Below the pieces are notes generated by a model, which did not search any database, had not been told where the DNA came from, and was given only the letters and a program-made list of their open reading frames with translations. Of a stretch of DNA of 64,000 nucleotides, positions 1-14,429 are shown piece after piece. Location of the stretch: the NCBI GenBank assembly GCA_030704615.1, contig CM060732.1, forward strand, positions 67,518,001 to 67,582,000, read 5' to 3'. The position numbers and the translations under genes are program-made. The stretch is from Takakia lepidozioides (Eukaryota > Plantae > Bryophyta). Each line of letters begins with the position of its first letter. Position 1 is the stretch's first letter.

Positions 1-170
1 TGGAGCTTCTCCAATGTCATCGTGGGCTTCAGAGCGGAGAGTAGTGCTTCCCCACCTCCCCCAGAAAGTCGGCACCAAGGGCGGGATCAGCTATGGCCAC
101 GTACTTTACCAATCCGACTTGTACTTTATGCGGGCCCTCACCTCCGCAGCTTTGACATCCTTTGAGGGGG

Positions 171-1665
171 CCCCGATGGAAATTTGGCGCCGAATTTCCA
201 TCCGGGGGATGGTCTCTGTCGGAGAGGTGCCGGCCTCTCCGCCGCTCTGTTTGGATATTCGGTGCCGAATTTCCGTCCGGGGGTTGAAATATGACGGCCA
301 ATTGCCGGCCTCTCCCCCCCCCCCCGACTGCATTGGAACGGCCCCGGATGGAAATTCGGCGCCGTTTTTTCCATCTGGGGAGGTTTTAAATCGGCCAGTT
401 TTTTTCGGCCTGACCCCCCTGACCCCCCGACGACTTCCTTGGGGGGGCCCAGATGGAATTCGGCGCCGAATCTCCATCCAGGGGATGCTCTCTGTCGAAC
501 ACGTGCCGGCCTCTACGCCCGAGGCGACTTCATCCGGGCGTCCCCTGTTGGATATTCGGTGCCGAATTTCCGTCCGGGGGTTGAAATGTGACGGCCAGGT
601 GCCGGCCTCCCCCCTCCCCGACTGTATTGGAACGGCCTGGATGAAATTCGGCGCCGTTTTTCCATCTGGGGAGGTTTTTATGTCGGCCAGTTTTCGGCTG
701 ACCCCCCGACACGACTTCCTTTGGGGGGGGGCCGGATGGAAATTCGGCGCCGAATCTCCATCCAGGGGATACTCTCTGTCGAACACGTGCCGGCCTCTAC
801 GCCCGAGGCGACTTCATCCGGGCGTCCCCTGTTGGATATTGGTGCCGAATTTCCGTCCGGGGGTTGAAATGTGACGGCTAGGTGCCGGCCTCTCCCCCCT
901 CCCCGACTGCATTGGAACGGCCCCGGATGGAAATTCGGTGCCGTTTTTCCATCTGGGGAGGTTTTTATGCCGGCCAGTTTTCGGCCTGACCCCCCGACAC
1001 GACTTCCTTTGGGGGGGCCCGGATGGAAATTCGGCGCCGAATCTCCATCCAGGGGATGCTCTCTGTCGAACACGTGCCGGCCTCTACGCCCGAGGCGACT
1101 TCATCCGGGCGTCCCCTGTTGGATATTTGGTGCCGAATTTCCGTCCGGGGGTTGAAATGTGACGGCCTCTCCCCCTCCCCGACTGCATCCGAACCGCCCT
1201 GGATGGAAATTCGGCGCCGTTTTTCCATCTGGGGATGTTTTTATGCCGGCCAATTTTCAGCCTGACCCCCCGACACGACTTCCTTTGGGGGGGCCCGGAT
1301 GGAAATTCGGCGCCGAATCTCCATCCAGGGGATGCTCTCTGTCGAACACGTGCCGGCCTCTACGCCCGAGGCGACTTCATCCGGGCGTCCTCTGTTGGAT
1401 ATTCGGTGCCGAATTTCCGTCCGGGGGTTGAAATGTGCCGGCCAGGTGCCGGCCTCTCCCCCCTCCCCGACTGCATCCGAACCGTCCCGGATGGAAATTT
1501 GGCGCCGTTTTTCCATCTGAAGATGTTTTTATGCCGGCCAGTTTTTGGCATGACCCCCCGACACGACTTCCTTCGGGGGGGGGGGCCGGATGGAAATTCG
1601 GCGCCGAATCTCCATCCAGGGGATGCTCTCTGTTGCACACGCGCCGGCCTCTGCGCCCGAGGCGG
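171..1665. repeat. GC-rich tandem array, ~5.3 copies of a ~276-291 bp unit, each with three related palindromic or part-palindromic cores
   Basis: The near-perfect 30-bp palindrome GGATGGAAATTCGGCGCCGAATCTCCATCC (or a close variant) recurs at ~175, 451, 734, 1021, 1297 and 1588. GGATATTCGGTGCCGAATTTCC and GGATGGAAATTCGGCGCCGTTTTTCCATC recur between these copies in each unit. Confidence 0.95.
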
Positions 1666-1762
1666 CTTTGGGAGCATTTCTCGGTTGATATCTGGACAGG
1701 TCTGCGCCACCATTTGGACGGAATATCCCATGGACATCCGCATTGTTGATGTCGTTGCAGTG
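171..1762. mobile_element. possible right end of a CACTA (En/Spm) DNA transposon: subterminal repeat array plus terminal ...GTTGCAGTG
   Basis: About 95 bp after the array, 1751-1762 reads CACTGCAACGAC on the minus strand, which resembles CACTA/CACTG terminal inverted repeats. Subterminal direct and inverted repeat arrays are typical of CACTA ends. The other end and the TSD are not in the window. Confidence 0.4.
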
Positions 1763-2147
1763 GATTCATTGATACATTATACGGACGTGGATGGGACAGG
1801 CTCGAGCAGTCCAGCATAGTTACAGGGTCAGCAATCTTCATGAATGCGGTTCACAGTCCTGCAGGTAGTGAAATAGATAGAGGGTGACTATCTCGGAACG
1901 GATTAGTTCGTTCAAACTAGTCGATTGATGACTCCAGCAACGTATGCGATCGGCCCAACGGCATCGGAAACTGCAAGTACGATGCTGGACTGGACTGCGA
2001 TAAGTGAGTTATTCTTGATCGGAGAGGGTTAATCTCTCTCTTCACCTCCCAGTTTGGTTGAGTTTGGTTTGTCAATACTTCATAGCTAAAGTGGTAGACT
2101 TGGGACGTATGCAGATCTGACTCGACATCAGGACCCGTAGACTTCTC

Positions 2148-4114
<1,967 letters not shown>

Positions 4115-4688
4115 CGGCGCAGGCAGATAACGTTCCCCCATAATAGGATTATCCGATGGGCAGGGCCTAGATAGTCAGTCTAGAAATAGTCAATCCAAGT
4201 TCCACGCAATCTGGATCCGGAAACTAGATCAGCCAGTGATTGTTATTACATTGCAACTGACACTGAAACTTTGTAGGCCACTTGTTTAGCTATCACCGAG
4301 GTCGACATTGCCATTTGGTCCACTTCAAATAAAGCTTGCCACTTTCCCTTAAGCGAACACTCCATGCGGTTGTGAATGCATCTTCTTCACAGAACTTTTG
4401 TTGGCTGAAAACCCATCTCAGAAACTGTGTGATGAGATAGAGCAAAAGGGAGAGAAACAAAGGAGAAAAACGCAGTTGCCACCGAATTTCGCGGCAATAG
4501 GTGCCTCCCCTGCAAATCATCCTAGCGTTACGAAGGCATCTGCGCGGAAAATTGGGGCAACTAAGCATTTACTCAGTTTGCATCACCCACTATCCGAGGA
4601 TATAAGCAGCCCGACGTCTCTGTAGACATATGTGTTAATCACGACCACAGTTGAGGATCGAACGGAGGCCAAAACCCCAACCCCGTCC

Positions 4689-4841
4689 CACGTCTACCTA
4701 CACCATGACCTTCATGGTGAGGACATGCAACTACCATGCAAGTGCTTGGTAGTTACGATATTGCACCTCGGCGGGAATTTTGATATATGATAGACAACTT
4801 AGCGTAGTTGCCTGCATGTCGCCATGTGTAGCTAGAGGGTG
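4689..4841. repeat. ~150 bp imperfect fold-back (MITE-like)
   Basis: CACGTCTACCTACAC...CATGG..GACATGCAACTAC (4689-4734) is the imperfect reverse complement of GTAGTTGCCTGCATGTCGCCATGTGTAGCTAGAGGGTG (4804-4841). It contains an internal perfect hairpin CACCATGA-CCT-TCATGGTG. Confidence 0.55.
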
Positions 4842-6069
4842 AACTGAGCTTTTGAAAGTGCTACAACTCCACGGAACTGTGTAGAGAAGAACCACTACGA
4901 GATTCAAAGGCTAGTGATCCTGACTATCCGGTTAGCAACCTTTTGGGGTCAGTTGATTGGTCTGCTCGCTTTGATCAGAAGATTATCTCACAAATTTGGT
5001 TGTTATGAACTGGGCACTAGAGCATCTCTCCGGTAGATTGGTTCTGGTGTGTCATCATGACTGTGGGATTCCCAGGGGTGTTCCGGATTAAAAATGTAGG
5101 AACAAGCTCTTGACATTTACTGTTCACATCATGTTTGGGACAAAGAGCAGAGATCAAGAGAAAGAAATGACATCACCTGAAGTGATAACCTCTGTGGGAT
5201 ATAACTTAGAGCTGTTATGTGCATTTTACCCGCCAGAGTATGGAAAACCAGCCTGAAATGCCAGGCGTGTGGACACTCTCCACAACCTGATTACAGGGAG
5301 TTACTGAGAATAAGACTAGCATTTGCGTTGGACCTATGATTATACTAAGGTACTAGTGTGACACTCGGCTGTGATTATCCCAGCATTGTCACTGTAGCAC
5401 TCCACCTATGGTGATGTTAAACATGGGAATACGCTTGCTTCTGGGTGATTCCTCCTATCCTTGCACCTCCCCAAAAGTATGCAGTACACCCTCCTCTTCC
5501 TTAATGGTGACCACTTATCTTCCTTGAGCTTCAAAAGATCTGATTCTAAAAATGCACCAGTTAGAAGCATGGCCTAGTAACACTCTATTGGCTAGCGGGA
5601 GTGTATCAAGGTGTGCCTGCACATCCAGGGTTCTTCGGCCTTCCATTTGGAAAATTTGCAAGCCCCCATAGTGTTTAACCTCCAAGAAAGCCAAGGGGAT
5701 GAGCGTACTTGTTGAAATGGTCATAAAGCCATCCTTTCATGAAGTTAGCAGCTTGTAGCAGAAACTCTCCCCTTGGTTCCAATTTCCTGTCCTCCCTGTT
5801 TGTCCTGTCTTCATCTTGGACAAACCTTCTGCTCTTTCCTCCACTTCTACCTCTTCCTGATGAACCATCCAATGAGTAGCTGGATGTGGTAGATGGAAGG
5901 CTAGTGCCGCTCTGGTAACGAAGAGACTGGAGGCTCCCTTGAAAACTCCAAACCATCACTTTCTCACCCTTCCTCTTCAGCTCTCTTTGATTGGGGTAAC
6001 TCCTTCCACAAAGCCTCGGCCCAGCCTCCAGTTGCCAGTTTGTGACTGAATCTCTTGAGCACTGTACAG

Positions 6070-9000
6070 TCAATCAAAAGGGCTGCGTATGCCCTCGAAT
6101 ATTGCTTGCAACCCAGACCTATAGCTAGGGTAAAGCAGTGCAATCTGGAGCTGTTCCTTGATGCGATTATTGGACACCCTCTTCTCAGGAACCTCTATAC
6201 CCAGAAATTGATTTTCGCACACATTGGTGGATTCCACACCCCTGGTTGGTTCTTTATCTGAAGACTCGTGAGTATCTCTCTCCACACATTGGCTCTGCAG
6301 AAGGCTCTTTGCAAAGGCAATCACTTCAGAGTGTGGGGCTGGGTCATCATCCACCACATTGTAGATTCTCCTGATCACAAAAATACGTAATCAGAAGGAA
6401 AGATCCCCATACAGTGTCTCCTCTGCCTCCTGCCATTTTGGGTGTAACTCTCTGGCATCAACCTCCAGTGTATGACAGGCTCCGCAATCAAGAGTTAAAT
6501 GAATCATCCGTAGGATACGAACCACAACAGGTCAAATCTCTCTGAAGTGAGTGGGGAGAAGACATACAGAGCATTCCTGGATTCCATAGCTTTTATGATC
6601 ACTTGGCATATGTCTGCCACATGCACACGCGATGTGTAGCGTCGTGCTTCTCGCAGCTGCTGACGCACTGACAGCTGGCGCTGGCGAACAACTGTATCTA
6701 GTGCACTGGCATCCATCCCAGATAACCCCATTGGAATTATCATCTTTTCGAATAGACCTTCAGGTGGATGCAATCAACTGTCAACACAAGAATTTGTTAT
6801 CACCTTAATCCTTCAACATCATTCAAATGGCCATAACTGTCCACATTTGCTATGCCTACTGACTCAGTAACTGTGCTTAGTTGGTGAGACAGGAAGGCAG
6901 GAAGAGAGGATAGAAAGGAAGAAAGAAAGAATTCTGGAAAAACTGCAGTAGGGCTAAAGGCTGCAAGGGCTCAAGAAAAACAAAGAACCACAAAAGAGTA
7001 AACTGCGGAAACACAGAAATAAGAAACCACTCCAACCCAAGCGTTGCCCAAAAGAAGAGAAAGACAAAAAGAACAAAACTTTTCAGGAGAGCACCAACCT
7101 TCTGCCAGGCCCATAGATCCCTCCTAAGCGAAAAATGTGCACGCCAACACCAATAGTCTCACCCAGCTCCAGCCAGGCTTTCTCAGCTGTGAACCTTGCC
7201 ACAGCTCGCCTCTCCACAGGCTGCGGTTCCGTGCTGCAATCATGCAAAACTGATTGTCAATATGCAAATACCCATGGCTGCTTGACGTGACATGAGCCCT
7301 GTAGAGTTAACAACTAATCAATACTGCATATTAGAAGAAATGAAACGACCTGAACTTGGAGAGAAAGACAACAAGGAGAGTGGAGACAGAGAATGACTCA
7401 TAAGACGTTGTTTGCCATAGCCTGAGTGGAGACAGAGAGAGGCAGAGGCAGAGACAAAAGAGCTTTGTTGTTATGGGGTGGGGAAGGAGGGAGATGGACC
7501 TACTCTTCATCTACCCAGTTACCATGCCAGTCTCCATAAATGCCTGCAAGACAACATCTGCATCCAAGTGAAGCACCGTCCTATTTCCCCCTTTCGTTTT
7601 CCCTACCAGACAATGAAAGGGTGCTCCCAAGCTGCCACGGGGAGTCAAAACACAAAGCAGATATATGAGAAGTACATGGCAATGGATAGGACATCAATGA
7701 CAACAGATTCTTGGCCTACCAGTTGAGGACAAAAAGCCAATCCAACAAAGCTTGCCTTGTGTTGCTGCTTGGCTGAGTTCATACCTATGGCTTGCCAGAA
7801 CCTGCACTCCAACCGGCATCATAGATCTCTGAACCTATTGCAAATGATGCAAGAGAACAAACAATGGAAAGCTTTAAATCAAAAGACTCTGGCAGTGAAG
7901 TGAGTGGAAGCATTTTTGTCTTTGTTCTCCACTCTTAAACACTGTTGGGACTGAGGTCATCCAACATTACGCACCCAAACAGGGACAACATGGGCCATCC
8001 TCCAACTGGTTCAGGCCTCTGGGTTCACCAGGTTTTGTAGCAGTGCATCCTTTAGAGAATACAAAACGAAATTTGGAAAACACCAAACTCACTGTTGTCA
8101 CCTACCAACTCCTGCTGACAAGTCGTTGTAACTCAAAAATAACCCTACACTTGGTATATTGACAATTTGTAATTCTTTGAGAAATGGTCGCTACATGCAG
8201 CTCCATGGGAACTACAGGAGCAGACAAGAGAAGCATGTCTGGTCTGCGAGACAAAACCAGCAAATGAACAACACAGTGCATCCCAGTCAGTAAGGACAAG
8301 GACCAAGGGGAGTTGACATACCGGATCTTCATCCAGATCCCCTACAGGAGGTATAGAGCTGAGTACATACGTGGCTGCATATAGCTCTCGAACTGCATAA
8401 TCCCTGCCAATTGTAAACAGGATTCTTCAGAGTGCGACAGCATTTTTACCAGCAGTGCTGACTAGAATGTCATTTGAGACCTTATCTTTGAATATATCTT
8501 CATCTTATTTCCTCTCATATGTACATTGACACTAAATGGACAAGCAAAGGTCACTGTGTGTGATAACATATCTGTGTACGGGAGAAATAAAGAAAGAAAG
8601 AAAGAGATTTTTGATGTCCACAGAAGGCCATGAGGGCCCATGGGAGAAAAAACTTTCCAGTCTACAAATGAGTTACCAACAGAGACACCCTCCATGGAAT
8701 CACATTCTCACAACATGGGCATGTGGCAGGAACTGGTACTAACTGAAGGTGTTCTCCATCGTTATCTGGGTTGAAGAAAAACGCCTGAAACCCGCAGTCC
8801 TCTAATGCTGCCCTTTTTTCATCAGTTCGGCATGTCCCTGACACTGTCCTGTAAATTGACAAGGGAACAATCAATATAAAGTCTTTCCTTCATAAGAAGC
8901 CAATATACAATGTTCAAGCAGAATAACCTTCAGATTGGGAATCAATGAGTTCATTTCACAGCCAAACTGGTACTGATTTGATGGTACCATGAAATGTCCA

Positions 9001-10185
9001 GCTTGGCCCAATGGAGTTGAAGTATCAAGAAGTTGGATCATCGTAGCCTTGAGGCAATGGACACCACCATACTTTGGACAGAACAGGGGTGAAAGGGAAG
9101 CAGGGAAAATAGGGGGACAGACAGAATGGAGGCAAAGAGGCTACATTCAGGGGTGAGATTAAACTGGAAACAGAAGGTGATACTCACATTCTGGATTTCC
9201 AAAAGCTGAGGAGGAACCATCTTTACCATCCTCCTACTTGAACATTATATGTTGCTGAAATTGGTAGCTGTCGAACTAATTGGGCTTTTGGACAAGTAAG
9301 GGCGTCGAGAAGTCTCAAGGGATGGTGTAAAGATTGGAAAAGGCTGGTGAGATCAGTTCCCGCCAAAGTTGATGTACAAATGAAGCTTAACCCTAGACCC
9401 TGAAATATCATCAATTGCCAATGGGAGGGTAAAAGAAAACACCAAAACAACTATTAATTCTCCTTTCAGGTGAGGTTGCTAAGGTGAATTGGACAATGTG
9501 ATTGTAAGTTTAAAGAAGAGGGAAGAAAGCTCTTTCTGTTTGAAAAAATTATTAAGATACTCAACCTGCAACAAAGAGCAAGAACAGTGAAAGACCTCAA
9601 CACCATACGAATAGCACTCTCCCAAACTCCCAGCTTTCACAAAAATTGATGGTGAAACACTCACCAGTTCTTCTTCTTGAGGCCATTAGCCAGTGCAAGA
9701 GAAGTGTAGCCCATCCCAAATATGAATATTCTCTTATCACCCTCGTTGTAATCGCCTTCCATACTCTCCTCCAACACGCTCACTTCGTCACGTTGTCGAG
9801 CAGAACCTCTACAGCGATCGTGCTCTCTCTTTCTAGCGCTGCCTCTCTGCATTTCTCTCCAGTACTCTACCCCACGATTCAAGAAGACGACATGTGAGGT
9901 GCAAGAGTATAAAACATCCCAGCAAGCGCTTGAGTACGATAAGAAAAAAACCCACATTTTCGTACCTCCTCTTCTTGCTCCCCTCCTGCATCTGTCCCCC
10001 ACAGACCTGGCTTGCGGAATTCTCAGCAAGGGTCTCTCCACTCTAAGACACTTCCAAACTATTTTCCGACAATGCTTGTGTGAAGTAGGATAGAGAGAAG
10101 CAGGTGTGAAGCTGGAGGGGGCCGAATTTCCATCACCATGGTATCCAAGGTTTTGGATTGTGGAAGGACTGGCAAGGATCGCCAT
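6070..10185 (-). CDS. YeeZ-like NAD(P)-binding epimerase/dehydratase (atypical SDR), probably organelle-targeted; multi-exon
   Basis: Exons encode RIFIFGMGYTS (~9.7 kb), VSGTCRT (~8.8 kb), VLSSIPP...DP (~8.35 kb), IGFLSST (~7.73 kb), GIYGDWHGNWVDE (~7.52 kb), RFTAEKAW...IFRLGGIYGPGR (~7.1-7.23 kb), YTSRVHVADI (~6.6 kb) and IYNVVDDDPAP...EKRVSNNRIKEQL...YPSYRSGL (6070-6372), with GT-AG junctions. Confidence 0.92.
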
Positions 10186-13100
10186 GGCAGGCTACCTTGA
10201 AAACTCTCCTTGTTGCAGAGATTCTTCTGGAAAAGGTTACACGGTGGAGTAACCTCAAGGGCCTCTCAACTCAACACTCCCGCGTGGACACATTCCACGG
10301 TTTTTTCCGCGGGCAGAGGGCTGTAATTGAACTCTGCCCGGATCTTCACAGGTGTCGAATATCTACGTATGTTGTTTACAACAGGTAAAATCCTGGCCCT
10401 TGATCTTTCGACCGGGACAGGCATATCAAATGCAAGAAAGCTCTCGGGCAGGGAAAAACAGTTCCTGGCAGTCACTTTCTATGATGAAAATTTCTGGTTT
10501 TCTTATTGTTTTATTAGTTTTTTCTTTAGCATTTTCTTCATTACATAACCCACCATAGTACCTGTGAGATATGACTTTTCACTCCTATGGGCTTTGTACA
10601 GATTTACATAGGTATGAAGGGTGAAACTTTCCAAGCTTCAAGAAAGCTGCAATTTTTTCATACTTTTTGAAGATGTATGGGTAGAGCATGCTAATGCCCC
10701 ACAATGTCCAAAAATTTATAGAATTGAGAAAAATATAGGACCCTAATTGTAGCATTGTTTGGAAGGAGGTACGGCCGGGCTAGTAGGCGACAATCTTTGT
10801 GCCATGTGTCTAGTCAACCCTGGATAATTGGTTCCTAAATGATCCTCGAATTTGCCCACTACAATTTTCATTAGTCGGAAGTCATCCCCATATGACAACA
10901 TATGCAGATGCTATGAAGATTCTAGCACCAAATACAACGAACCGAATTAGGTCGGCTAGTAGATTAAGGGCTCAACAGTAATGTAACTCCACATTTTGTG
11001 TTTTATTGTGTTTTTGGGTCTCAAGGAGGTTTCGGGACATTAGTTGTTGGAATGCACCTATGTGTCGAGTTCTTGTATTACATTGTGAGTCTTTGAGACG
11101 CCAATTTAGTGGATTCAATTGTGATCGTTAAAATGTTGTGTCATCTAGCTTCATTCTTACATGCTCACATCCAAAAGATAGCTTAGTGGTTTCGGGCTCA
11201 AAAACCACATAAGTGTGTTGGATGTCAAAAATTTGTCAAAGTTCCCATCGGAAAGCAATAGCCTTTGGGGAACTCACCATAAGTTACGTTTGCTTCAACA
11301 TTAAGAGTTCAGATTTTTTTTTCTTATAGATCATTTCTTGACGCAGCCAACTCTTATGGCCCTTCTCTCTTAGCTTAGGGGGTTTAATCAACTACTAGTC
11401 AACACGCAAATACTACATTTGCAAAGCACCCGCTCTATCTTTATGATGCAAACGGGCTATAAGTAATCTCAATTTGGCAAGTAATTATTTTCTTGTGCCA
11501 ACATTATTTGTCTCTTCCTAACACAAAGGTTGTGTTCGGAAGCATTGAGAGGTTTGTTTTAAGGTATAGGAGCGATATGCCTCCTCCTTTCTTTCTGTGT
11601 GTTTGTATGTTCTTATTTTTCTTCTAGTTCTCTCAATTAGTTTCCTTTCTTTTTAGGTTGGTTCTCTTGGTTTCTTGTTATCACTCTCATTTTCTATGGC
11701 TTCTTGTCATGAATTTGAAAAGAGGGGCACGTAAGAGAGAGGGTCTGCAAATATAGAGAGGTTGGAGTACCGATTAGAAAAATGTTTTGGCAGAATCCTC
11801 ATGTACTTTGATTCTAGGCAAATGACCTACTTTGCCTCCTACCATCATTGTGAGTATTTGTATAGAACTTTGTTGGTGATAAGGCTTTTGCGCCGGTATA
11901 TGTTTCACAGCTGGTTCTGTCCCTCAACATGGATAAGATTATAGCACAAATACCTGAAATTTTCCCAACAATGGATCAGTTTCTTTTACTTCTTGGATAG
12001 GGAAGCAAGCCCAGGCCACTGTTCCAAGTGCACGGCGCTTTCCACACATTTCTGGCTATTCCAAATTGACAATATTGTGGCTAAACCCACTTTCCCGTCA
12101 AATGTTTGTTTTTCAAGTGAAAACAAGAGGGGTTTCATCCATCACGGACATATATACACGCGGAGTCAACTCACATAATGGAATCTACGTTCATCCGAAG
12201 TTTTGCCAAAAAGAAATTTGGCGAATGAGGTGGTCTTTTTGGCGACTTAGGAAATTTGGCGATTTGGTACATGGTTGTTTTTGAAAATTTGCCGCGCCCG
12301 CTGTTTGCACCGTGCAAGGGCACAAAAATGAGTGATAATTGAGCATTTGAGGGCGTGGATGGAGGATTGACATAACATTTAATCTGCCTCTTTATTAGAA
12401 GGACTTGCTATGTTGTTATGTTTAGCTCTTTTGGGAAGTAGAGAAGGCAATGAAGTTCAAGCCCTTTAAGTCACTTTGCACAATTTTCATCTTCCCTATA
12501 TGTTCCAAGATTGGGCCAAAAATTAAAGAGGAGATCACGTGGAATTCCCATGTTATTGGTATATCCTGAGATCTCAGCAGTCGGATCAAAGGGCATTCAT
12601 GTATGGAAGAAGGATCGATCAACTTGAGGACGAGCATATGAAGTTGGAGGAGATTCACCTTTATTGGAGTAGTCGAGATGTACATATCGTCGCCGACAAT
12701 ATCTTCAAATGGAGTTGTGGGAAGCGATCCCATGATGATGGAGATGGACTACATCTAATTGCTCCCCAGTCTACGCAGTCTGTCAGGGTAAGTACTAATA
12801 TTATTGCTCTTTTTGGTCTTTTACAGATAAGAATATGATCAATGACACATCTTTATCCTTCTCAACTTGTTGTTTTGTTTGTGTAATGCAGACGGGATCA
12901 TCTGTATTCCGACCTCGGAAAACTAGAGAGGAATATAAGAGGTTATCTCAGCGTGTTATTCTAGCCAACGGGGCTGCTCATTTCTCCACTTTGGGGCTCT
13001 TAATGATGTTGTGAGGGCGTATCGACGCATGCTCATAAGAAACTACCTCATTTCATTACCGAAAATTGGGGCCAACATTGGCACGTTCATTGGATTTCTT

Positions 13101-14429
13101 TTCGGAACCACGCGATCGTTCTTCCAACTCAAATTTACTACTTTGTTAACATATATGTCATTTGCAGGTATGCCCATATCAATATGTTCTCCACGCCACA
13201 AATGCATCTCCAATTGGCGAAACAATATCGTCTAATATTGTTGACGATGTAAAAATGATCGGGCCAGAAGCTTTTCAAGGACCTGACAACTTGTTGTCTA
13301 CTCAGGCATCCATTGATGTTATGGAGAGTGATCTTATCAGTGTTTCGGATGTTGTTTCGAGTCTCAAAATGTCAAAAGTTGAATCCACCGTTAGCAGGGT
13401 CGATGATTTAGCTGGGGTTGGCTGCATAGTGGAAAGCGACTCTCAATATCTTGGGGAATCCTCTTTGGAGCCGTCCTTATCCCAACAATTTCCACCAGAC
13501 GCCGTCACGGGGCATCTACATGAGTCTACCGAACAATAGGTTCCATTGGTTGCAACTGTCGTTGATCGGGTCACCGGATCGCGGGGGCTGGACACCTCAT
13601 ATACTGAGTAGTCGGGTGATTTAATTCTATTTCATCCATGCGTTTTTTTGTTACCGTATTTCTATTCATCCTCTGATTTTCTTTCTTTACTCTAGGCCAA
13701 AAAAGCTGCAACATATGACCTTCATGTGAAGCGGCAACTTCTGTGGGGTTGTATTCCAATGTAATCCATTTTTTTCCGTTTGAATTCGGTTCAGGATGTG
13801 CAGAAAGAAAGAAACCGAATTCTGTTGTCAACTGTCAGCGAGAAGGTTATTGAACTCACTCATTCGCCGACTAAGGTCAGCACACCGACAAGATCGGCAA
13901 ATATTTGTGCACATCCCCAACCCCCCAGAATTCTGGATGGTCCTGTATCAAGGAAACGTCACAGATCACAGCAGTCAGCAGCGGTCGTGTCCGACGATGA
14001 AAAAACAACATCTGACGTTTTATTATCTCTTCAACATTCACCTGCTCTCAGTGGTAACCCGCCTCAGAATCGAAGGGTAAATCTAGCAAAGGTAATAAGT
14101 ATCTCCTTCACTTAATCCTCTGTCTTATTGGTTCTGGTTTCCTAGTAATCATTACATATATCATTTACATTGTCGACACAACTTAACACAAAGAAACCTC
14201 GCGCGATCGCGCTTGGTTGTAGGAAATTCAGAGACTCCCGATTGTGTTTGTTTGCTCAAGTCACAATTGGGTGTCGTAATGCTAAGTCAGGACCTGCTTT
14301 GCAAAATATTACATTTGAATACCAGGGTATAAAAACTAGGTAAACCACAAAACGCAAGTATGTCGTAGCATTTTTTGAGTTGCAAGAGATACTGGAAATA
14401 CTTAATTTTTGGGTCAAATAACAGAAACT

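Noticed and set aside
171-1665. CRISPR-like array of palindromic repeats
   Set aside because: The sequences between palindromes are themselves repeated rather than unique spacers, there are no cas genes, and the context is a plant nuclear genome.
14-1841. Many overlapping ORFs of up to 286 aa in the repeat array
   Set aside because: They are open in several frames on both strands because GC-rich repeats lack stops, and the frame shifts between units.
10122-10137. GGTGATGGAAATTCGG shared with 63028-63043 and overlapping the array core
   Set aside because: About one or two 16-mer matches are expected by chance in a window of this size, and the flanks show no homology.
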